DNA of 60,059 nt, counting the filler, from Hausera hauseri (lineage: Eukaryota), in NCBI GenBank assembly GCA_046269625.1. It is 11 parts of 11 records of this genome, joined end to end, with 100 filler letters (N's around TTAATTAATTAA, not from the genome) between each part and the next. Parts side by side here need not be neighbours in the genome. Positions count along the whole stretch, not along the records: positions 50,495 to 54,577 come from JBJURY010772316.1; positions 54,678 to 60,059 come from JBJURY010266285.1; 9 more parts are not named here. One strand, written 5' to 3'. The position numbers and the translations under genes are program-made. Each line of letters opens with the position of its first letter. The first letter of the stretch is position 1. The notes beneath the pieces were generated by a model. It searched no databases. It was not told where the DNA came from and was given only the letters and a program-made list of their open reading frames with translations. Positions 50,495 through 60,059 of the stretch are shown piece after piece.

Positions 50495-53400
50495 AAATTG
50501 TCAAGCATTATTAAAAAGAAGAGGAAATTTCCCGGCAATAAAAACACCATTAAAACCGGTACCAGTTTTAGCATCACCGTTTGTCTGTATAGGCGTTGAC
50601 GTACTTGGACCACTACCCACCACTGCTAGAGGAAACACATGCGTACTTACAGCAATAGATTACCATTCAAAATTTTCAATAGCGATGCCAATGATAAACC
50701 AAACTACAGATTTTATTGCCAGGAGATTAGTCGACGACGTAATATTTGAATACGGAGTACCAATGACAATGGTATCCGATAGAGGAAGCAATTTTTGCAG
50801 CGAACTTATGGAAAAAGTGCTAGCGATACTAGGAGTTAGCCATAAATTTACCTCACCTTATCATCCCCAAGCCAATGGAGCAGTGGATGCGTTTAACAAA
50901 CAATTTTCGATTATGATATATAGTTACGCATATGACCACCCAGCTGATTGGGATCTGTATATAAAACCTTGTGCATATGCTTATCGACAGAGTCCCCATA
51001 CGACAACTGGAGAATCGCCATTCTTTTTTATATGGTAGACGAGATATTATGCCAATCGATTTAGAATATAGACCACCACAGTCACAACTGATGGAAGAAC
51101 CGGATGATGCAACAATTCTACAAGAAGGATTACAAGAAGCACGGATCAGGGCCGGATTAAAAATTAAATATCACCAAGGAAATTACAAGGATCAATATGA
51201 CAAAAAGGCAAAACCTCATGTATATTGAATTGGAGACTTAGTTAATATATTAGATGAGACCTGTAAACTAGGCGAAAGCCCAAAATTGAAATTACCATAT
51301 AAAGGACCATACAAGATACTAAAAATAACCGAATCAAGTGTAGAACTATAGAATTTGTCCAATCCTGATAAAACCTCTTGGATGAGTGTGCAACGATGCA
51401 GACCAGTAGCCAAGGAGCGTAAATTAGAACAAACTTCACCTTGCAGATACCCATTAAGGAATAGAATGCAGTTGGAAGATAAGAATGAAACGATGACATT
51501 TATATATGATGGATCAAACAACACAGTAATCACAACTATAACTATAAATAAAGTTAAAATAGAATCATTAATAGATGTAGGAGCAGAAAAAACTATTTAA
51601 ACAAGGCTACGATGGAAACTTTAAAACTGAAATTGATCGAAAGCAGCGAGATAAACCACAAGTTAATAAATGGAAACCAGTTAAAAGTAATAGGTATGGT
51701 TACAGCCCTAACTAAATTAAGAAATAAACGATCAAAGATCCTGTATCATATACTAGAAAATACCACAATTCCCTGTATCATAGGTCGAGATACGCTAATA
51801 GATTATGATATAGTGATAGACGTAGCTATGAATTCGCTAGAAAAAACGAAAGATTTGGAGAAATATCGAAAAAACGTGAGCGAATTGGAAGATGAAATAA
51901 AAAGGTTAGGATTATTATATAATATGCATCATCGTCAGAACTATGACGATTATCCTTTATTAATACCAATATTAGTCAAAGTATACGGTAAGTATGTTAA
52001 ATCGGAACTCGATACCACTACTCCGTTGACCCGCATAAACTTACGACTATATAGACGAATTACACATTATATACCCGAGGCGTGTGGAAAATTGGATTTG
52101 ACTATAGGATATATTGACGTTACTTGTTACGCCAACCCACAAGAGTCGTATTCTGATTTTATTATTGGTTTAGATGTACTATACAAACTGACAGGAACAG
52201 AACTAAAAGTTATTGGAAGATTAATTGTATTTTACAGCAATGGTTATCAAGATACAAAACCTCAACCTAACGATCAATGGTGGTTCCCGCCAGGGGAAGA
52301 GACCGTTTCACCCTCATTAAATCAAGTTACATTAAAGCAAACGATCGAAAAAAATACAGAATTTACACGAGCTGGGAAAATAAGGCAAACTCGAATAATA
52401 GAAACATCTTCATCCATTATTCCTGCAATGATTTTCGGAAACCCCTTTAATTTGTCTACCATAACTTTAATAACCTTAATACTACTCATAATATTTGGAT
52501 GCGCGAACACCCAACCAACCTCAACAACTACCATGACTAACTACAGGAGTAGTGCAGTTATACTATTGTTGATATTTGTGTATTATATGTTTCAAAGTAG
52601 TATGACAAGTGACGAAGAAGAAGCAGATAATCTCTCTTCGAATGACTATGCAAGAAGACAAGTACTCTTACCCTCAGTAGCTACTATAGACACCTATTCA
52701 GTATCTATCATAACGAATGTTCCGAAGAAGCCACCACGAAATTCCTTACGAGACTTTTCAAGACCTATATCAACAACTTCTATTTATCCCGACTTAACAG
52801 GAGTACAAACAACAAATGAATTCCAAACACCTGCAAGTTACACCATTATAAATAAGAAATTGGAAGAAGCAGAAGAAAATATTAAACTCCAAAAGGAGAA
52901 AATTAAAAGATACCAGCCTGACGAAACCAAGAAACCACCAATAAATTATAAAATTAGAACAATGAGATAAGATTCACTGAGAAAGTGCAACGTAAAGATG
53001 TCAAACCAATTGAGCAAAATTATGCAGAACTACCCTAACAGAAAGGGAAAAGTCTACCACCACTCCCTTTAACGAGAGGCTGCAAACCGACATCGATTGA
53101 AGAATTTCCTATTAGCCACCCTAGAACGTATTAATCGCGCACAACAACTAGTTAAGGGACCCATAAACAGTGTAACGGAATTAAGGGACCTTCTTGATAA
53201 ATATCACGAAAAGTGTGGGATAAAAGATGAACAATATAGGCCCATAATGCAAATAATTTGCGAAGATCTAAAATTGGATTCCAGTATACTGACTCCACTA
53301 GATACACTTCTGATAAAGATAAGTTGTGAAGAGGTATATTACACAATTACCGACTTGAACAGTCCAGAAAAATCCAAACATCATGACTATGTAGCCCCCA

Positions 53401-54577
53401 GCCGAACATTAAAAATCTAAAAACATCATAATCTAAATATAAGAGGCCGAGAACTCATTAATGGAATAGAAGTAAAACGAGCTTGGAACCAAAGAATGGG
53501 ACAACCTCTCGATATCAACCTCCCTCCAAAACAATGGATGAAAATCGATCAACTACAGTTTGCAAGAAACAGTATTAAATATTTTGATGAAACTGCAAAC
53601 GAGACAAGCGCCATGCATATTCAAGACGTTCAAAAAAAGATAAAAAGCGAGAATCCTCAGGAATACAGGGCTATTCTACGTTCTCATTGGGAACGTTACT
53701 CTTTATGGGAATATGTTTCCTATCTATGATCAATATAGTAAGTGCAGCTGAGACAACATTTCAACATCCGAGTCCCACGTGGACCTCAACAATACTATGG
53801 ATACTCTTTTTGCTAATGATAGGCAAATTCTTTAGTGATGACGATGATGAGTCTAACGGATATAGTAGAATAATAAGTACCCCTAACCCTATCTGAAACA
53901 ATTATTTCAATAAAGAAAAATCTAAAATACCCAATGACGTAAATAGTACAACAAACAAACTGCACGCAAATAATGTAGAAACACAATCGGAATATTCCTA
54001 CAGTAACCAGTCAACGGAAGAACGTTCAGATTGTCGAGAATTGGTGCAGATCCCAAAATAAGTCAGAAAAACACAATTCTCGAACTCTCCAATCGACAAG
54101 CCGTTATTTCAAAAGCAATATTATGAACAAGTACAATCTGATGATGATTCTTCCAATTTAATACACGTTGTGAAAGAATATCAAAAGGAAAAAGTATTTC
54201 ACCACTGTTCCTCTCATATGGAGAAGAGAGTCCCATACCCAAACCAATTGAAAGGTTGGAAAACAATCAATTTTTAAAATGACCTCCATCCAAAGAAACG
54301 GAAATATTACTGCCCTAAAGGAATATTCCAGGAAAATTATATCAATACCGACGAATGGAAGAAATTACATAAGCCGATACAGGAAGCTATGGAATAATTA
54401 AACAAAAATGGAATTGTATGGGAACAATATAAAACTAAAAGGGTAATTGCACCAGATATAATAGAAGCGATACAGGAAGATCTTACCTTGACACCGATGA
54501 CAACAACGTCCGAGACTCACACAATACTACTCACCATTACAAGTGTATTAAACCCAGTAATGGGATATAGTTATACA
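50495..54577 (+). mobile_element. Retroelement-like segment: Gypsy-type integrase followed by two retropepsin-like domains and membrane modules
   Basis: GVDVLGPLP, VSDRGSNF, SPYHPQANG and KGPYKI (integrase); SLIDVGA...IIGRDTL; ELDTTT...IIGLDVL; several hydrophobic segments. Confidence 0.75.
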
Positions 54578-55539
54578 NNNNNNNNNNNNNNNNNNNNNNN
54601 NNNNNNNNNNNNNNNNNNNNNTTAATTAATTAANNNNNNNNNNNNNNNNNNNNNNNNNNNNNNNNNNNNNNNNNNNNATAAATGTTATTGTTGAAATAAT
54701 GTCTGTCTTCTTTATTGACTTGGAGGGATTTGTGGATAATAATAATGAATACATTATAAAGGAGCTATGTATAATGCGAGTGGATGTTTCATCCACTACA
54801 TTATGTATTTGCGTAAGTGAATTTTAGTATACTACATGTGATGTATGCTATTTGTATGCCTGCAGTGCATTGTTTTACAAACAAGGCTCAAGCAACAAAT
54901 GCTTATTTGCCACAACATCATCATAAACTGACTTGGGGCGAATATAATACCCAGTTTTGCGAAGATTGCCTTATTCGAGATATTGGGAATATGTGTGATA
55001 GAAATGAATCCATGTTCTATGTTAAGGATTATGCTGATGGGCGAAAGATATTTAATAGCACATTTCCAGAATTGCGAATATGTGCATATGAATGTAGCGA
55101 TTTGGTGGCTATACCAAAGAACATTACATGTATTTATCATTAACATGGTTCACACTGTGCTTTTGAAAAGTGTTTAGCGTTATGTCGAAGTTATATTGTT
55201 ATGAAATATATGTGTTATGAAATTAGTTGGTCTTATCCTATATAGTAGTTACTTAGTTTCACTTGGCCTTATCCTATATCCCGCATTACTTGGTCAAAAT
55301 CTGGAGTCAATTATTACAACAAACATTGGTATAAAATATACAACTCATGTCTGATAAGTACAACAACAATGTTCATATTTACATTAGTGCAGCATGTCCA
55401 TGAGCCAGTGTGCTGATTCAGTCTTAAGAATGTGCCTTTTGTGATCGAACTAATGGAATCTTTTCTTCCGCAGCGCAACCGTGGCAATCTGATGTTCCCG
55501 GGACTGGATCCTCTTCATCTCGCTGACTATATGAGTTTG

Positions 55540-58500
55540 TTCCCGCAACACTCTCAAAATCTGCAAAGCTTATGTCTTTAGCTAATGTGGCCCTTTGAAC
55601 TTCTTTGTCTTGTTTATTTACCTGACCACTTACATCGATGGCGTACATTTTTTATCTCAACACCACGAAACGCGTGATGATCTTCCCATTCACATTGTCT
55701 TTAAACTTCCCGAAGACCTTCTTGTTGGCGGTTGGATAATTTGAATGATCCTTCGGATAGTCCGAGGTATCCATATATTGCGCCAATTTTGCGTACTTCT
55801 CAAAGACATAATCTGTGCGGATCTGGTATATGAAACTATCCGTGTCCATGTACATTAGCTTGAGCTCTTTGAATGTTGGGACCATGGTGTAATGAAAGTT
55901 ATACATCAAGGTCTTGGATAGATCCAATGTGGACATGCCCATATATATAGGTTTGTTGAACTCAAGTGATGTCTTGAGCATATGGATGCTCACCAGGTTC
56001 TCCGTGTAGATTGTGCTGCTGTGGAAGTTGGGCTTAGCGATGAGTTTCTTTGCCCTATTCCAGTCATATAGCAGCTCGATGTTTATTTGGTTCCGGATGT
56101 TCTCCATAGTTTTGTCAAAGGCCGAGTTGTTATACAGCTTGAATTAGTCCTTTTCAAACTCATTTTTGGCATTGGCCCTCAACTGGGTATTGAGGTCTAT
56201 GTATGGATTCAGCCATTTGGACTGGCTGAACTGCAGGACCCGATGAATCCTGATGACTTGGAGTCCATTTTGGATGGCCTGTTGGAGATTTATGTAGTGG
56301 GCTACATACCTCTCCCTGTTTTTGAGGTAACAGAACAGCTTCTTATGCTTACCATTTGGCGGCCTCTTGCTCTCCGGGAGAAAAGGCAGCTCATGCCTTG
56401 TGTGGATGCTATGTGGGTATTTCACAACCACCTCCAGTATGTAGCCCGTATCTCCATTGGGATCCAGGACTTGCGGCTGCTCCACCCATTGAAAGTTATC
56501 ATAGTGCAATGGGTTGCTCATTGCCCATCCATACAGAATGTTGGCATCCAGGTATGATATATATGAGGATTCTTTGGATGGATCATAATCTGCCATGTAT
56601 TTGTTGTTGTCCTCACTGTACCTGTGAATGACCCGGCATATTCCGCTCCTGATGCCTCTCTCAATCATGAGGACCATATTGTAATCCTTCAAGATCTGGA
56701 GCTTTATGCCGGTATAGCGCAGCATATGTGCCCAACTCATTTCTGGAGCTGTAAAGAAATAGGCTGGATCTAACTTGTGGCTCTTAAGGGTCACATCCCG
56801 GAAGCTTTCGAAGACATCAATATGCAACAGGACATCTGTAAGGACATAGATATCACTGTATTCCCCTATTGTCCTGCAACGGAAGTTCTGCCACACTCTT
56901 TAGGTATGCTCATAATCAGCATCGCTAATATGACTGTATGACAACTGACTATAGAAGTCCTCCTTGGCCAGTAATGCATCTTCATTTAGTGCTTTCCATG
57001 ACGTTATATAGTCATAGGGGAACACTCCTTTCCGCTTCACCAGATCAAATGTATTCAGGAAGAACCTCTTCGTCTCCTTGAGCTCATCAGCTGGAAGGTT
57101 TTTCACGATGCTGTCCAGTGACGAGCTTATGAAGCGGAAGCTATCAATGAAGCAAAGTCTGATGCGGCCCACATGCTTCGTGAAGGTGATGTACTTCTCA
57201 CTATTTGGAATCACATCAATGTTCCCCTCAATATTACCCAATTCTTGAACAATGAAGTGGGAATCGTATCGACTAAGATTGTGGAATACCACGGGAGCAT
57301 ATGTACATGTCTTGCAGTGTAAGTTGCAATTGTTGCACGCTGCACCTCGGTATATGCCTGTAAAATGGCAGTGATCCCTGACTCTCCCATGTGAATGGCT
57401 TTCTGCATAACTAGAATGTTGATGCTTTGTGCCATTCACATTTTTCTTCCTGCGACATCACCATGTAGCCCTTATGCTGCTGCAACATGTTTTCAAGTTT
57501 GTGGGTATACTGTTCCAGACGCTGCATAAAATGTGTTGCTGCATTTAGACTCCTGCATAATTAGCGTTCTTTGTCCAGTCCTTTGCATACATGCAGTATT
57601 ATGATAACCTATGGTACTGGTATTCTGTAGTACTGCTTTGCTGTGAATTGGGGCTGCAGTTGTGAACTGGACTGAGAATGGCCTCAAAGTCACAATATAT
57701 GACAATCGGCACCTTCTGCATCTTCTCGAACTCCTTGAATTCCAGGTAATCCTCCTTGGTGAATTATGCTCGGATGCAATTCTTTCTATTGCAGTAGGTC
57801 TTGTGCTCCTCTAGCTTTTCTGCGGCTGTCTCCATTAAAATGGGTAAAGCATCTTTTGCATATTTCTAGCCTTGATTTATGCTTGGATATTTGGGATCCT
57901 ACGAGGCGCTAAAAATTCTTGATCCAGTTTAAATGCCTCGTTTTTCCATCATCTAGCAGGAGCAGATCCCTATGATCCTCCAATTCCTCCTTGCACACAT
58001 GTAAGGGAAAAATTTGTTCTCCTCCAATTCGAAGATGTTGATGGAGATATTGGTCACTCTTTTAAATTTCACGACTTCATCTAGGCTTGGCGGGAATGAA
58101 ATACAGCTGAAGTCGTATGTGTACTGCACTTTGTCATATATCCAAACTCGGGAAACATTATGTTGATCTTGGACTAGTTTTGACAAAATAGAATACATGA
58201 AACACATTGTCCTCATTATGAACATTGATGCATGTCTTTTTCTTAACTATTCATTCAGGAAGCGGTATGTAGGAGCTGCTTCCCATGGGAGAATACTTGT
58301 GCACATGGACAAGTAACCCCTTTATTGTTGCTAAAGTCCAACCGCTCTTCTTGTCCTGGCTTTCCTCGGCTTCGCGGATGAGCGTTGCATAATCCTCTGT
58401 AATGAAATCCTTAATGTTAGAGGATTTCAATAGTGGTCTGTTCTTTACCTTAAGGCTCTACTAAACAGCTCTCCTTTGACATTAGTGAAGGTGGCTTCCA

Positions 58501-58620
58501 ATTTGAAGTTCACCTTAAGGGCCTTCAGCTCCAACAAGTTGTCCTGGAGAATTCCTGCTGTCTCCTTTGAATATTCCAGGAATTCATGGGGCGATGTCTG
58601 CTCCACTGCTGCTATGAAGT
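55540..58620 (-). pseudogene. Protein-primed family B DNA polymerase (Polinton/Maverick-adintovirus type) with endonuclease VII-like insert, decayed
   Basis: VRDHCHFTGIYRGAACNNCNL; FHNLSRYDSHF; FIDSFRF; RKGVFPYDY; YLDANILYGWAM; KLYNNSAFDKTMEN; YMDTDSF. Confidence 0.92.
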
Positions 58621-58621
58621 A

Positions 58622-59263
58622 TCACCGCACTTTGCTCTTCAGTACAGCTACATCAACTGGCCGCTGTCTTTGGCTTTTTGATGGATCATCTGTTGCTACT
58701 TCTGATATGCGTTTTAGTCCTGCATCGGGCCTTGCTGCTAAAGCAGGCAGTACAACTGGCTGTGCTGCCAAAGCAGGCTGCTGCTCATTAAATATGACCT
58801 TCTTTGACTTTGATGTGAAGTCAGTCAAATGATGTTTGTGATCTTCATAAAACTGTATGTATTCTCCATCACACACAGCCTCATATCCTGGGCAGATATA
58901 ATAGATGATCCTATTGAATTTGTGTCCATAATAGCTCCTCATGATATTGTGGTAATTTTGAGGTTTGTGTATTGCACATGTGCAATGCTCGTGTGAACTG
59001 CATCTTTGATTTTCCTTTGGCACGAAAGTCGTTATTGCAATATTGGTACTTAATATTTGTTCTTTCGACTTGGTGAAGGAAATCAAGTGTTGTTTATGAA
59101 CATTGTAAAAGTCTTCGTAATTGGATTGGCACACTGCCTCACATGTTGGACATATATAATAATGAACCCTGTTGTACATATTGCTAAAATACTTCTTCAT
59201 AATATTGTGGCAATTTTCAGGCTCATGGATTTGAGCCCAGCATTCTCTGTAGAGTTTGCACAT
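58622..59263 (-). CDS. Tandem Cys/His-repeat protein, probably the N-terminus of the PolB ORF
   Basis: Two repeats of about 70 aa (IH.P.N.HNIM..Y....NR..YYICP..EAVC...Y..FY..HK.HL..FT.). TTTTAG directly precedes the ATG. Confidence 0.6.
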   Translation of the reverse strand: MCKLYRECWAQIHEPENCHNIMKKYFSNMYNRVHYYICPTCEAVCQSNYEDFYNVHKQHLISFTKSKEQILSTNIAITTFVPKENQRCSSHEHCTCAIHKPQNYHNIMRSYYGHKFNRIIYYICPGYEAVCDGEYIQFYEDHKHHLTDFTSKSKKVIFNEQQPALAAQPVVLPALAARPDAGLKRISEVATDDPSKSQRQRPVDVAVLKSKVR

Positions 59264-59393
59264 CTAAAAATCAACCAATTATTTTAAGGAGCACAACTAA
59301 AAATTCACCATTCATTGAAGTGATTTTGAAAATAATAAAATATGTAGCCATGTCACAATACACTTTTGTTTCATTGCATCAATTAAATTAAAT

Positions 59394-60059
59394 ACATGGC
59401 GGCGCCAACTTGAAATAGGTTTTCCTATATTGGAAATCTAATGAAGTGGTCAGGATCTTCGAATAATTCATGCTTGACCGAGTTTTCAAGTTCGAATCGA
59501 TAATTAATCCACTTCGAATAATGTATTCGAATATCTAACACCAGATTCAGATTCGACATACATGACATCATATCCATCCCCGCTATTCGATTTATCGATT
59601 TCCGCTTCACTGGGCTTTAAGTGCACATTTGGTGAATTCGAAATATTGATTTTGTACCTATATAGTACATTTCCATGGAATACTTTTTATGTATAAGGGA
59701 GTGCTAATATATGAGGAATCGATTCCCTCTGTTAGATTTTTCTAATAGTTCGATATTCAATATTCGATCTCAAAAATATTCGAATTTTGAATATCTGACT
59801 CGAGATTTGAGATCGTCATAGTCGATTTCCTATCCTTCCCCGCAAATTATAATATCGAATTTTGACTCCTTAGGGCCTAAAAACCTATGCGGAATTTGTT
59901 TCAGTTGCTATTTGGATCGATATTATTCGAAAACTAATCGATAAATTTAAATTCTTACTGTACATCCATATATGGCACCATGTTTCTGTTTGAATGCACC
60001 CGGTCACATGTCCTAATCATCAATATTCGAAATATCAGAAATCCGATATTATTAATTTT
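59394..60059. promoter_or_regulatory. TCGA-dense non-coding region upstream of the PolB ORF
   Basis: 20 TCGA tetramers between 59459 and 60030, often as TATTCGA or ATCGAT; YY1-like ACATGGCGGC near 59394. Confidence 0.45.

Overview
This window is not one locus. It is 11 unplaced eukaryotic contigs joined by artificial 100-bp spacers (44 N + TTAATTAATTAA + 44 N): 1-5848, 5949-12112, 12213-16448, 16549-25913, 26014-30783, 30884-35693, 35794-40625, 40726-46290, 46391-50394, 50495-54577 and 54678-60059. Contig 1 looks like teleost DNA (LINE, Gmr1-like Gypsy and SINE remnants, CA repeats). The others look like DNA from one or more invertebrates. The main result is five decayed copies, in two divergent families (A: contigs 2 and 6; B: contigs 5, 7 and 8), of a Ty3/Gypsy-type element with an unusual polyprotein order: ubiquitin-like domain, AT-hook and helical region, signal peptide, chuvirus-like (class III, gB-type) glycoprotein, P(T/S)AP and LYPx3L late-domain-like linker, then protease, RT, RNase H and integrase. 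The envelope gene lies upstream of pol and in frame with it. Family B also has a second signal-peptide-led domain fused after integrase, and one family A copy has lost the glycoprotein. Contig 10 holds a different element, with integrase followed by two retropepsin-like domains and repeated membrane modules. Also present are ordinary Gypsy, Tc1, maT and RTE-like remnants, a secreted Leu/Gly-rich prepro-protein exon, and a decayed Polinton/adintovirus-type protein-primed PolB with a TCGA-dense upstream region. All family calls come from reading motifs by eye, and sub-domain coordinates are approximate.
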